Both the position numbers and the translations under genes were made by a program. The notes below the pieces were generated by a model that was given only the letters and a program-made list of their open reading frames with translations, was not told where the DNA came from and ran no database searches. Positions 23,572 through 32,000 of a stretch of 32,000 bases of DNA are shown here, piece by piece. Within the stretch, counting starts at the first letter, position 1. Each line of letters opens with the position of its first letter. Source of the stretch: Pyrobaculum arsenaticum DSM 13514 (GTDB lineage Archaea; Thermoproteota; Thermoprotei; Thermoproteales; Thermoproteaceae); the NCBI RefSeq assembly GCF_000016385.1, contig NC_009376.1, forward strand, positions 1,972,179-2,004,178. Direction: 5' to 3'.

Positions 23572-26246
23572 GACAAGGCCCTCCTCAAGGCGTCTATTAA
23601 TGTCTTCACGTCGCCGCTGTACACGCCCTGGGCAAATGTCCGCGACCCGCCTCCTCTAAAGCCAACTTCGCGGAGAGACTTGACTATCGGTGCCACGTCC
23701 GCGCCACCTGTAAATATAGATAATTTGTTGCCTCCCATCACCACCAAGACGAGGTCCTTATCCCTACCAGTGGCCTCCTCCGCCACCTTCTTGGCTAAGT
23801 CCTCGTCGTCGAGCTCCACCACGGCCAGTTTGTACCGCCCAACCTGCTCGGCCTTGAGACTCTGCGCCATTTGCTTGGCGTAGAGCTCTGCGTAGTGCCG
23901 CCACTTTCTCTCCGCCTCCTCAGCCCTTGACGCCAACCTCTTCACCGCCTCTACCACGTTGTCTCTACTTCCCCCGGCCACCTGGGCCGCTTGCCCCAGT
24001 TGTCTTTCAAGCTCCTGGATGTAGGACAGGGCATGTAGGCCCGTGGTGAAGATAAACCGCACCACCCCGTCGGCTATGCGCTCCACCTTCTGTATTTTTA
24101 TAATGCCGATCTCCCCCGTCGACTTTAGGTGCGTCCCCCCGCACGCCTGCACATCGTACGGGTCGGAGTCGGGCCCAATTTGCACCACCCTTATCTCCCT
24201 AGCAGGCACGACACCGCCTTGGTACAGAATGAAGCCGTACTTCGCCTCCGCCTCGTTCCGGGGCATAATCTTAACGTACACCGGCAAGTTGGCCTGGACG
24301 GCCGAGTTGGCAAGCCTCTCAATCTCGGCGACCTCCTCGGGGGTGGGTAACTTATAGTGGGTTACGTCTAGGCGGCTGGAGGGGATGTCCTTCTGCGCCC
24401 CTGCCTGCCATATGTGAGGCCCGAGGACGCGCCTAATACTCTGGATCAAGACATGCGTCCCCGTGTGCATTTTCATAAGGGCGTACCTCCTCTCCCAGTC
24501 GATTTCGCCCACCACCTCGACCCCCTCGGGAGGCGGCTGACCCTCCACCACGTGGACAATTATGTGGCCAACCCGCTGTACGTCCACCACCTTCGCCGCG
24601 CCGCCGCTGTACTTCAACACGCCCACATCCCCCGGCTGGCCGCCCCCCTCTGCGTAGAAGGCGGTTTGGTCGAGAACAACATATTTCCCGTCCACCACCC
24701 TAAGCACCTTTGCCTTGAAGCTACGCATATACGGATCTTCGTAGAAAAGCTCCCTCGTCCTAGGCAGATCTATCACCTTGGCCATCTCCACTAGGGTGGA
24801 CTCCGGCTGTTTCTCCTTCTTGGCATGTCTCGCGGCAAGCCTAGAGTAGAAGTCGTCGGGCACCTTCACCTCGACACCCTGCGTCTTGGCGACGTCCGCA
24901 ACGATCTCAGGCGGGAGGCCGAAGCTGTCGTATAGGGCGACTAGGTCATCGGGCGACAGGGAGGCGGCGCCTCTCCTCCTAGCCTCGTCTAAGGCCTTCT
25001 TCACAACTGTGGGGGCTGACTTAAGTATCTCCTTGTACTTCCTCTCCTCTAGATCAACAAGCTCCAGTATCAAGTCGCGCGCGGCCCAAACCTCAGGGTA
25101 GTCTACTTTAAGCTCTTTTAGGTGCATATCAATAAGCTCTACCAGCGGCGCCTCTATGCCGGCGAGCTTCAAGTTCTTCAATATGCGCCGGATGAGAAGC
25201 CTGGCGAGGTAGCCCGCCCCGCTGTTGGAGGGAATCACTCCATCGGCGATCATCCACGACACAGTGCGGCTGTGATCGGCGAGGACGTATAAAGCCTCCT
25301 GGGGCCTAAACACCTCCCTCAGCCACTTCCCATCGACTCCGATTTTCTCCGCTATGAGGTCGTACGCCTTCTCCAAGCCGATCACCTCGGGATCCATCTG
25401 GCCGAAGTATATCGAAGCCTTGCCCATCACCTCGGCAGGCGGCTCAGGCACCCCCAGCTTCTGCCGGGCCCTGTCCAGAAACGGCCCAAAAACAGCGTCG
25501 TAGATCGTCGGGGTGCCTTTCAAAAGCCAGTAGATACGCTCAAGGCCGTAGCCCGTATCCACGATCTTCAGCGGAAGCTCCACGTACTTCCCCTCTTTTG
25601 TTTCGTAGTGCATAAACACCAGCGTCGCCACCTCCAGCCCCCTGACAAGCACCTCATAGCACTCGCCGGCGTTGCCCCCGCCCTCCCACATAGACTCCTT
25701 AAAGGTTATCTCCTCCGGCGTTATCCCCAGCTCCTTGGTGAAGAACTCGTAGGCGTACTCCGTAGTTTCGTCGATCCAGTAAACGTACTTGTCCGGGTAG
25801 TTAAAGGCGTGATGCGCCATCATCTCGAAGCCGGTGAGGTGGCGGCCGCTCCTCCCCACCTTATCCACGTCGGTTAGCCTAATCGACGGCTGAGATATGA
25901 CGAGGGGGTTCGCCGGCGGGGGCACGGCGCCGCTTGTAACCCAGGGCTGGAAGTCGTATATAGACGCGCCAACGAGGTAGACATCGTCGCGCCACCTCGC
26001 CACTACTGGGTATCGCTTTATCCTCGCGTGGCCCCGCCGCTCGAAAAATCTCAAAAACCTCTCCCTCAACTCAGTTAGGGAATCCACGGCCACCTTGACA
26101 GGAGGACTGCCTATGAAGCCGTAAGGCACACAGGGCTGGTCGCCACAATAGACCTGGTCGTGTCTTAAAGTCCAGAAGTAAGACTTACACAGCGGACATT
26201 GCTTCCTCAGATAGCCGGAGCGCTCCAAAATTTTGGCCGAAAGCAC
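23568..26246 (-). CDS. alaS: Alanine--tRNA ligase
   Basis: 892-aa ORF with the archaeal AlaRS N-terminal Cys motif (CPLCKS..), the class II core, an editing domain with HTGTHVL and CGGTHL, and a C-terminal DHHA1-like region. Confidence 0.97.
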   Translation of the reverse strand: MLSAKILERSGYLRKQCPLCKSYFWTLRHDQVYCGDQPCVPYGFIGSPPVKVAVDSLTELRERFLRFFERRGHARIKRYPVVARWRDDVYLVGASIYDFQPWVTSGAVPPPANPLVISQPSIRLTDVDKVGRSGRHLTGFEMMAHHAFNYPDKYVYWIDETTEYAYEFFTKELGITPEEITFKESMWEGGGNAGECYEVLVRGLEVATLVFMHYETKEGKYVELPLKIVDTGYGLERIYWLLKGTPTIYDAVFGPFLDRARQKLGVPEPPAEVMGKASIYFGQMDPEVIGLEKAYDLIAEKIGVDGKWLREVFRPQEALYVLADHSRTVSWMIADGVIPSNSGAGYLARLLIRRILKNLKLAGIEAPLVELIDMHLKELKVDYPEVWAARDLILELVDLEERKYKEILKSAPTVVKKALDEARRRGAASLSPDDLVALYDSFGLPPEIVADVAKTQGVEVKVPDDFYSRLAARHAKKEKQPESTLVEMAKVIDLPRTRELFYEDPYMRSFKAKVLRVVDGKYVVLDQTAFYAEGGGQPGDVGVLKYSGGAAKVVDVQRVGHIIVHVVEGQPPPEGVEVVGEIDWERRYALMKMHTGTHVLIQSIRRVLGPHIWQAGAQKDIPSSRLDVTHYKLPTPEEVAEIERLANSAVQANLPVYVKIMPRNEAEAKYGFILYQGGVVPAREIRVVQIGPDSDPYDVQACGGTHLKSTGEIGIIKIQKVERIADGVVRFIFTTGLHALSYIQELERQLGQAAQVAGGSRDNVVEAVKRLASRAEEAERKWRHYAELYAKQMAQSLKAEQVGRYKLAVVELDDEDLAKKVAEEATGRDKDLVLVVMGGNKLSIFTGGADVAPIVKSLREVGFRGGGSRTFAQGVYSGDVKTLIDALRRALS

Positions 26247-26265
26247 CCCGTGACATGGTTAGTTA

Positions 26266-26273
26266 TTTATAAA
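26266..26273. promoter_or_regulatory. Palindromic TATA box shared by divergent alaS and ORF 26291
   Basis: TTTATAAA lies between two GTG starts 45 nt apart (26246 on the minus strand, 26291 on the plus strand). Its near edges are about 17-19 nt from each. Confidence 0.5.
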
Positions 26274-26290
26274 GCTTATCTCAGAACCCC

Positions 26291-26680
26291 GTGGACCTCC
26301 ACGAGGCAGTATTACTTCTACGCGAGAAGTTAAAAAGTAGGTCTTTTAGAAAGGCGGTAGGAGGACAAACTGCCACCGCAATAGAGATGCTACTCGCGGC
26401 ATATGAGTGTGGGGGGTTCATAGAGCCAAGGGAAGCCGCCGAGCTAGTAAACAACTACTACGTGTTCGAGTCGAGAGTTCGGCGCGTGTTGGAGCTGTAC
26501 AATAAATTGACACGCGGCTCGCTTAGGGCAATTGCGAGGGAGATCCTTGGCGAGGAGTTCTATGGGGAGCCTATTGAGTACGACGTTTTGTTAAAAGAAC
26601 TAGAAAACTACCGGAAGTACGTATTTTCAATAGCCGAGAGGGTGCTGAGGTGCTACTCCTCAACAAGCTCGAGGGCGTAA
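26291..26680 (+). CDS. Hypothetical protein
   Basis: 129-aa ORF with GTG start and normal composition. Its 3' end overlaps the convergent spt4 by 28 nt. No motif recognised. Confidence 0.45.
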   Translation: MDLHEAVLLLREKLKSRSFRKAVGGQTATAIEMLLAAYECGGFIEPREAAELVNNYYVFESRVRRVLELYNKLTRGSLRAIAREILGEEFYGEPIEYDVLLKELENYRKYVFSIAERVLRCYSSTSSRA

Positions 26681-26874
26681 ATGCCAGGCTTATCGAGCCC
26701 CAGTCTCTTGGCAATACAGGACTTTGCCGGATCGATTACGGCTATCATCCCGCGCCACTTCAAGGCGAACTCCTCTGACCCACAATTGGGACACTGCTTC
26801 GCGTCCTCTGGCACCACTAGCTTACAGCGGCGGCAAGCCTTGTATCCTGATAGGGTGCGTCTCTTCGTACTCAT
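26653..26874 (-). CDS. spt4: Transcription elongation factor Spt4 (RpoE'')
   Basis: Zinc ribbon CRRCKLVV...CPNCGS followed by WRGMIAVIDP..S.IAKRLG. The start is moved to ATG 26874, which forms an ATGA overlap with the rpo7 stop and gives 73 aa. Confidence 0.85.
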   Translation of the reverse strand: MSTKRRTLSGYKACRRCKLVVPEDAKQCPNCGSEEFALKWRGMIAVIDPAKSCIAKRLGLDKPGIYALELVEE

Positions 26875-27446
26875 GCCTTCTTGGCGGCGGGCTTCCTCTC
26901 CTTTATCCACTCAAGCTTGCCTAGACCTGGCATCCTCATGGTGAGGGTTACTCTTAGCAGTAGCTCCGTCCCCTCACGGGGCGTCGTGAAGCTGACTCCG
27001 GTAATTCTAGCCCTCACTATATCGCCTACGGTAACCTTCCTCTTTGTCCTCTCTCCTATGTAGCTCTTGGTGCTTGCGTCGAAGAAGATGTTGGGCTCGT
27101 CCATAACGTGTATCTTGTTGATAAAGCCCAGCACAGGCCCTATCCTAACAAGCATCCCCATCTCCCTGACGTTCTCCACGACGCCTTCTACAATCTCGCC
27201 ATCTAGCGGCATGAAGGCCAACATTGTGAATACAGCCTTGTGGTACGTCCCACCGTCGCCGAATACTATCTTGCCTTCTCTGCTTACCTTTGTGTTTAAT
27301 ACAGCCACAACATAGCCCACCTCCCTCAGCACTCTTCCCTCGTACCTGTTTTTAAGTTGCAACAAGGCAGTCTCCTCGAGGGGTTTTCCAAACTCGCTTG
27401 GTGGGATACGGACGTAGTCCTCTGCCTCTACTAGTCTGAAAGGCAC
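26871..27446 (-). CDS. rpoE: DNA-directed RNA polymerase subunit E' (Rpo7)
   Basis: N-terminal FRLVEAEDYVRIPPSEFGKPLEE plus a C-terminal S1-like domain. Classic Rpo7-Spt4 gene pair. Confidence 0.9.
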   Translation of the reverse strand: MPFRLVEAEDYVRIPPSEFGKPLEETALLQLKNRYEGRVLREVGYVVAVLNTKVSREGKIVFGDGGTYHKAVFTMLAFMPLDGEIVEGVVENVREMGMLVRIGPVLGFINKIHVMDEPNIFFDASTKSYIGERTKRKVTVGDIVRARITGVSFTTPREGTELLLRVTLTMRMPGLGKLEWIKERKPAAKKA

Positions 27447-27742
27447 AGAGGCTATACACCCCGCTTTTATATACTTTAAGTGTAGGATGAAAAACGACCT
27501 CGCCTATAGGCCAAACCACTGCATAAATTCTAGCCACGCCTCTCACAGGTCAATTCCTGATAGTGCTATACGCCGTATATTCATTACGCGCTCTCGGACC
27601 AGAACTACCGTCCACTTTATGGACGTTGCCGCCACTAAGGCGCCCAGGCAACAGACGTGAAAAATTAAATTTCCGATGTGGTAGCAACATGGTGATGCAG
27701 AGGTTTCCGGAGCGAGCGGATGAGCGGGGCCGTGTATCTGAC

Positions 27743-28150
27743 TTAGTAGAAATCGATCACTTGCACGTCTATTAGGCTTAGGATAGGCGATTGAAGGGGG
27801 ATATAATACGCCTCTCGGGAGGGTAGGGCCGGCGAAGCCACTACCCCTTGCCTACCGTAGAACACAACCCCCACAGCCTTTTTGTGAGTTGGAAAATACA
27901 GCCACCCAGATCCCTTTATTGCTGTGTTTATTTTTACATAGTTGCCTTCAAGGCTTAATAACTTTATTTTTATAAAGTTTTTTTGTCGTAATAGATTAGC
28001 TAAATAGATTTTAATTTTACTGCATGGAATTACCTTAAACACATTTTTATCATTTTTTAAATTCTTTATGACAATGAGACATCTATTTTGTACTAATTTC
28101 GATCTGTACATCACGATATGCAATTGCTTGTTGCTCTCTCTCCTAACCAC
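27743..28150 (-). CDS. Orphan Lys/Asn/Ile-rich ORF in an AT-rich island (hypothetical)
   Basis: The 135-codon ORF stays open through a stretch of about 26% GC, where stop codons should be frequent. The GTG start lies about 20 nt from an ATATAATTAAATATT box. No recognisable motif. Confidence 0.3.
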   Translation of the reverse strand: MVRRESNKQLHIVMYRSKLVQNRCLIVIKNLKNDKNVFKVIPCSKIKIYLANLLRQKNFIKIKLLSLEGNYVKINTAIKGSGWLYFPTHKKAVGVVFYGRQGVVASPALPSREAYYIPLQSPILSLIDVQVIDFY

Positions 28151-28191
28151 CTCTCGACGTAATATTTAATTATATATCCTTTGCTCTTATT

Positions 28192-29496
28192 GTGACAGAA
28201 AAATGGTACCAACTCTCGGTTGAGACGCACCGGAGATACGGCGGCAAAATCTCTGTAATACCAAAGGTGCCGGTTAGGTCTATAGAAGATTTCGCAATAT
28301 ACTACACACCTGGTATAGCTGAGGTGTCGCGCCAGATTCACAAAAACCCAGAAATGGCGTTTGAGCTTACCTCTAGGTGGAATATTATTGGCGTATTGAC
28401 AGACGGCACAAGAGTCCTAGGTCTAGGCAACATAGGCCCAGAGGCGGCGTATCCTGTAATGGAAGGCAAAGCACTTATTTTCAAGTACTTAGGAGGAGTA
28501 GACGCTATTCCCATTCCTATTAGGGTGCGGACGCCTGAGGAGTTCATATTTGTAGCAAAGGCCCTCGAACCGGCGCTGGGAGGTATAAACCTCGAAGATA
28601 TAGAGTCCCCCAAGTGCTTCTACCTGCTAGACAAGTTGCGAGAAGAGTTGAAAATCCCGGTGTGGCACGACGATCAGCAAGGCACAGCCACCGCAACGCT
28701 CGCGGGACTTATAAACGCGCTTAAGCTCGTGGGTAAGAAGTTCAGCGATGTCGTGATCGCCCTTATAGGCGCAGGCGCCTCGAATATATACACTGCCCGC
28801 ATCCTTATCAAATACGGCGCTAAGCCGGGAAACCTCATCTTGGTAGACAGCAAGGGGATTCTCCACCCCGAGCGCGACGACATAGACAAAATGATGCTCG
28901 AAAACCCGTGGAAGTATAAATACGCCATTGAGACCAACGCAGAGCGGCGTAAAGGCGGCATTCCCGAAGCTATGAAAGGCGCAGATGTAGTTATTGGAGC
29001 GTCAAGGCCGGGTCCCGGCGTCATAAAGAAGGAGTGGGTAGCATCAATGAACAAAGACGCCATCGTATTTGCCTTGGCCAACCCCGTCCCCGAGATCTGG
29101 CCCTGGGAGGCAAAGGAGGCTGGGGCCAAGATTGTGGCTACTGGGAGGAGTGACTTCCCCAACCAGATAAACAACTCGTTGATATTCCCCGCCGTGTTCA
29201 GAGGCGCCCTAGACGTCAGAGCTACTACCATAACTGATGAAATGCTCATAGCCGCGGCAGAAGAGGTGGCGAAATTCGCCGAGGAAAAAGGAATCCACGA
29301 AGAGTATATAGTGCCAAAGATTACAGAGTGGGAAGTTTATGTAAGAGAGGCGGCAGCCGTCGCGGCGATGGCCTCTTCACAAAGAGTGGCGAGGATCCCG
29401 AGATCTTACAACGAGGAGCTTGAGATTGCGAGGAGTATAATATCAAAAAGCATAAAGACTCTTGAAATCTTGATGAGGGAGAAAATAATTGAATAA
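28192..29496 (+). CDS. NAD(P)-dependent malic enzyme
   Basis: [27 protein letters not shown], a GAGASNI dinucleotide fold and ANPVPEI are typical of the small prokaryotic malic enzymes. Confidence 0.92.
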   Translation: MTEKWYQLSVETHRRYGGKISVIPKVPVRSIEDFAIYYTPGIAEVSRQIHKNPEMAFELTSRWNIIGVLTDGTRVLGLGNIGPEAAYPVMEGKALIFKYLGGVDAIPIPIRVRTPEEFIFVAKALEPALGGINLEDIESPKCFYLLDKLREELKIPVWHDDQQGTATATLAGLINALKLVGKKFSDVVIALIGAGASNIYTARILIKYGAKPGNLILVDSKGILHPERDDIDKMMLENPWKYKYAIETNAERRKGGIPEAMKGADVVIGASRPGPGVIKKEWVASMNKDAIVFALANPVPEIWPWEAKEAGAKIVATGRSDFPNQINNSLIFPAVFRGALDVRATTITDEMLIAAAEEVAKFAEEKGIHEEYIVPKITEWEVYVREAAAVAAMASSQRVARIPRSYNEELEIARSIISKSIKTLEILMREKIIE

Positions 29497-29511
29497 AATT
29501 TTTGTTTTTAA

Positions 29512-30759
29512 TTATCTTTGGTCAATTGGTATGTACTGTAGGTCGTGTGGACCTGCGTAGCACGCACGCGGTCTGAATATCCTATTGTTCTCCCAATATT
29601 CGAGGATGTGCGCCACCCAGCCCACTACTCTCGATACTGCGAATATGGGGGTGAAGTACTCGTAGGGCACGCCCATGTAGTAGAACGCGATGCCGGACCA
29701 GAAGTCGACGTTCGGGTACAGCTTCCTCTGCTGGAAGTACGGGTTATTCAGCACCTCGTGCTCTATGGCGCTGGCTACGGCGAATAGGTTCTTCGGATCT
29801 CCGAACTTGGCCACGTAGTCTCTGGAAAACTCCTTAAAGATCCTGGCCCTGGGATCGTACGCCTTGTAGACTCTATGTCCCACACCCATTAGCTTAGGGC
29901 CGCCTGGCTTAGTAGCCGCTTCCACCAGTTCTTTTGCCTTGGAGGGATCTCCGATTTCTAGGTAGTTCCTCACAGCCATCTCGTTGGCCCCGCCGTGGAG
30001 CGGGCCCTTAAGCGCCGCGATTGCGGCAACCACAGAGGAGTACAGATCGCTTAGCGTAGAGGCCACCACGTGGGCGGTGAAGGTGCTGGCAGGTACCTCG
30101 TGGTCTGCGTGTAGGATTAAGTATAGATCGATGCCCCTGGCCGCCAGGGGGTCTGGCTCTTTGCCGAACATCATGTAGAGGAAGTTAGCGGCGTGTGATA
30201 AGTCGTCCCGAGGCCTCACCAGCTCCAGACCCTTGGAAAACCGGTAGTGATATGCCACAATAGTCGGCAACTTGGCTATGAGTTTCTCCGCAATTCTGTA
30301 GGCCAACTCCTTCTCCTCTGCCTTGTACCTCCCCACTCTCAACGCCTCGATCAGCTTCTGGTTATCTTCGTCGTAGGCCCCCTCAGCCGCGACAGCGGCT
30401 TCGAGAGCGAACATTGGGTGCGCCTTCGCCAACGCCCTTATTACCTCCACTGTGGCTGGGTGCAAGTCCCTCGAAGATTTTAGTCTTCTCTCATACTCTT
30501 TCAACTCGGACCTAGTGGGCAACCTGCCGTATAGGACTAAGAACGAGACCTCTTCGTAGTTTGAGAACTTAGCCAAGTCCTCTATTCTATACCCCCTGTA
30601 CCACAAGATGCCCTTCTCCCCGTCTATGTCGCTGATTGTGGTGTTTTTTATTAGTACATCCTCAAGGCCGTGTACAATGGGGCCGCATGGCGATTGCAAA
30701 ACTTTTCCCGATGTCCTAATTTGTACAGTTTGTTCACTCATAGAAGTATGTCGTAACAC
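29512..30759 (-). CDS. gltA: Citrate synthase
   Basis: GVGHRVYKAYDPRA and HADHEVPAST signatures. The start could also be the ATG at 30741 (MSEQTV). Confidence 0.95.
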   Translation of the reverse strand: MLRHTSMSEQTVQIRTSGKVLQSPCGPIVHGLEDVLIKNTTISDIDGEKGILWYRGYRIEDLAKFSNYEEVSFLVLYGRLPTRSELKEYERRLKSSRDLHPATVEVIRALAKAHPMFALEAAVAAEGAYDEDNQKLIEALRVGRYKAEEKELAYRIAEKLIAKLPTIVAYHYRFSKGLELVRPRDDLSHAANFLYMMFGKEPDPLAARGIDLYLILHADHEVPASTFTAHVVASTLSDLYSSVVAAIAALKGPLHGGANEMAVRNYLEIGDPSKAKELVEAATKPGGPKLMGVGHRVYKAYDPRARIFKEFSRDYVAKFGDPKNLFAVASAIEHEVLNNPYFQQRKLYPNVDFWSGIAFYYMGVPYEYFTPIFAVSRVVGWVAHILEYWENNRIFRPRACYAGPHDLQYIPIDQR

Positions 30760-30811
30760 CCTAAAATGTCTCTTGTCTTTGATAATTCATGTAAATTTTT
30801 TAGCCAACGAG

Positions 30812-30859
30812 TCAGATAGGATGCCGCCAGTCACACATCCTTCGGGTTCTCTTCATCAC
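30812..30859 (-). ncRNA. Weak C/D box sRNA candidate
   Basis: The minus strand reads GTGATGA, 12 nt, GGAT, 3 nt, TGACTGG, 11 nt, CTGA. The terminal C and D boxes and the overall 48-nt spacing fit. The internal D'/C' boxes are poor, and the C box overlaps an 8-bp hairpin. Confidence 0.2.
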
Positions 30860-30881
30860 GCCGTGATACCACGGCGTAGTT

Positions 30882-31445
30882 TTATAAGCTTAGCTTCTGG
30901 GGGCACTTCAGAGCTATGTAAGCGAAGGCGTCGGCGTAATTTTCGCCGCACGAGATAATTACAGAAAAGTCCCCCGCCACCTTTGCCTTAAGTAAACTTG
31001 CAAGGGCTGTGTCGTACGATTCTAGGCTCTCCCCCAGCGGAGGGAGGAAAAACCGGTCTCCTCTCTTTTCTAGTATCAATGCGCCGCATGCTCCGAGCCG
31101 CACCAGCGAGTCTCTTGTCTTCAACGGGTCTTTTACTTCCTCTTGCAAAACGTAGGCCATGCAACGCCTTCCGCATAACAGCCTCTTCGCCTCCTCAACA
31201 GCGAATATCTCGGCGACGCCGCAGAGATTTAGCGCCTCTTTTAGAAAGGAGAATCCCTGCTCAGTAGCCACCACCCCGCCCCTCATTACGGCTACGTGGC
31301 CCAGATCACGTGCGCCTTCCAGCAACGTCCTCACAATGCCTTCGCCTATCCTCAACTCTTCGGCTAAGTTTTTCCTGCCTCTTGGCGTTTTTGATAGGCT
31401 GAGCAAGGCGAGCATCTGTAAATAAGCCACCTCCCTGCTTTTCAC
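30882..31445 (-). CDS. Hypothetical protein with an N-terminal winged-helix-like segment
   Basis: 187-aa ORF. The N-terminal GRKNLAEELRIGEGIVRTLLEGARDLG looks HTH-like. No catalytic motif recognised. Confidence 0.55.
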   Translation of the reverse strand: MKSREVAYLQMLALLSLSKTPRGRKNLAEELRIGEGIVRTLLEGARDLGHVAVMRGGVVATEQGFSFLKEALNLCGVAEIFAVEEAKRLLCGRRCMAYVLQEEVKDPLKTRDSLVRLGACGALILEKRGDRFFLPPLGESLESYDTALASLLKAKVAGDFSVIISCGENYADAFAYIALKCPQKLSL

Positions 31446-31502
31446 GAAGTAAGTGTAGTAAGGCCGTTATAAAGTTTTTAAACGGGATAATAGGAGCGCC
31501 TT

Positions 31503-32000
31503 ATGTCTTCTATTAAAATTGAAGAGGTAAACACCTCCCTGGAGAGGTTTGCGGCCCACAGCCACATTAAGGGGCTGGGAGTTAGAGATGGGAAAGTCCA
31601 ATTTGTGGCTGACGGCTTTGTGGGGCAGACCGAGGCGCGGGAGGCCGCTTACATAATTGTCCAGATGATTAAGGAGGGAAAGTTCGCAGGGAGGGGTGTA
31701 CTTATCGTCGGCCCCCCGGGCACGGGGAAGACGGCGCTGGCTTTGGGAATAGCCCGGGAGCTGGGCCCGGAGACGCCCTTTGTGGCGATCTCCGGCGGCG
31801 AGATATACTCGCTTGAGGTGAAGAAGTCGGAGTTTTTGATGAGGGCTCTGAGGAGGGCCATAGGGATTAGGATTAGGGAGTGGAGGAAGGTATATGAGGG
31901 AGAGCTGAGGTCTATTGATATTAGATATGGGCGCCACCCCTACAACCCATACCTGCAGAGGGTGTTGGGGGCCACCATCAAGCTGAGGACTCGGGACGAG
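31503..32000 (+). CDS. TIP49 / RuvB-like AAA+ ATPase, N-terminal part (3' end off window)
   Basis: Not in the ORF track because no stop falls within the window. From ATG 31503 it reads MSSIKIEEV..RFAAHSHIKGLGV...GRGVLIVGPPGTGKTALALGIARELG..PFVAISGGEIYS, which is the conserved RuvBL/TIP49 N-terminus and Walker A. Confidence 0.85.
   Translation, partial: MSSIKIEEVNTSLERFAAHSHIKGLGVRDGKVQFVADGFVGQTEAREAAYIIVQMIKEGKFAGRGVLIVGPPGTGKTALALGIARELGPETPFVAISGGEIYSLEVKKSEFLMRALRRAIGIRIREWRKVYEGELRSIDIRYGRHPYNPYLQRVLGATIKLRTRDE

Noticed and set aside
27690-27745. C/D box-like arrangement: GTGATGC, 12 nt, AGCG, 3 nt, GGATGAG, 13 nt, CTGA
   Set aside because: The C box is imperfect, D' is absent, and aligning the C' GAUGA core leaves a 14-nt guide spacer. 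The evidence is too degenerate without expression or target data.
27915-28180. AT-rich island as a chromosomal replication origin
   Set aside because: There is no adjacent orc1/cdc6 or whiP gene, and I could not find inverted ORB-like repeats flanking the AT-rich core. It is kept only as a low-probability alternative in the corresponding finding.
27910-28194. Imperfect direct repeat ATCCCTTTATTGCTGTG / ATCCTTTGCTCTTATTGTG at the edges of the AT-rich island as insertion scars
   Set aside because: There are only about 10-13 scattered matches with gaps, and similarity does not extend into the malic-enzyme coding sequence or the upstream flank.
1-32000. CRISPR arrays, tRNA genes, IS elements, integrase or transposase genes
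   Set aside because: I saw no regularly spaced repeats of 24-37 nt, no GGTTCGAATCC/GGTTCAAATCC-type T-arms on either strand, and no ORF with recombinase or transposase motifs. This was a by-eye scan, so small or degenerate elements could have been missed.

Overview
The window looks like a chromosomal segment of a hyperthermophilic crenarchaeon of the Thermoproteales, Pyrobaculum/Thermoproteus-like. That assignment is an inference from four things: a PaREP1-family gene, a stand-alone 5S rRNA, mostly leaderless genes about 20-27 nt behind TTTATAAA-type TATA boxes, and GC roughly in the upper 50s percent. Most of it is densely packed housekeeping. Recognisable genes include an acyl-CoA synthetase fragment, two Nudix hydrolases, Taw1, a NOG1-type GTPase, a SAM hydroxide adenosyltransferase, RtcA, proteasome beta, EtfAB, a NOP2/Sun methyltransferase, uL5, a PAC2-family protein, uL16, NAC, AlaRS, Spt4/Rpo7, malic enzyme, citrate synthase and TIP49. 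There is one 5S rRNA and one good C/D box sRNA candidate whose C box contains the stop codon of the upstream gene. I found no tRNA, CRISPR array, transposase or integrase. The most interesting signal is structural. Two small accessory cassettes each sit exactly at the junction between two host genes: about 1.9 kb at 14800-16660 and about 0.9 kb at 19372-20301. Each is flanked by a long diverged direct repeat of that junction (about 125-180 nt) containing a perfectly identical core of 33 nt or 21 nt. In each pair the outer halves are the working gene ends and the inner halves are diverged or decayed copies. This is the footprint expected from single-crossover (Campbell-type) or site-specific integration of a circular element carrying an attP that mimics the host junction, yet no recombinase is present. 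Cassette 1 carries a CPBP intramembrane protease, a Cys-rich membrane protein, a degenerate SPASM-like ORF and an unannotated 50-aa two-helix hydrophobic peptide. Cassette 2 carries a PaREP1 (HEPN-related) gene. Other accessory features are a HEPN-MNT pair whose MNT has an in-frame TGA, an archaeal-ATPase plus GIY-YIG-like pair in an ORF-poor island between the two Nudix genes, a roughly 26% GC island upstream of the malic enzyme gene, and a low-GC SDR gene next to a 560-bp ORF-free tract. All functional calls rest on motif recognition by eye. No database search was run.
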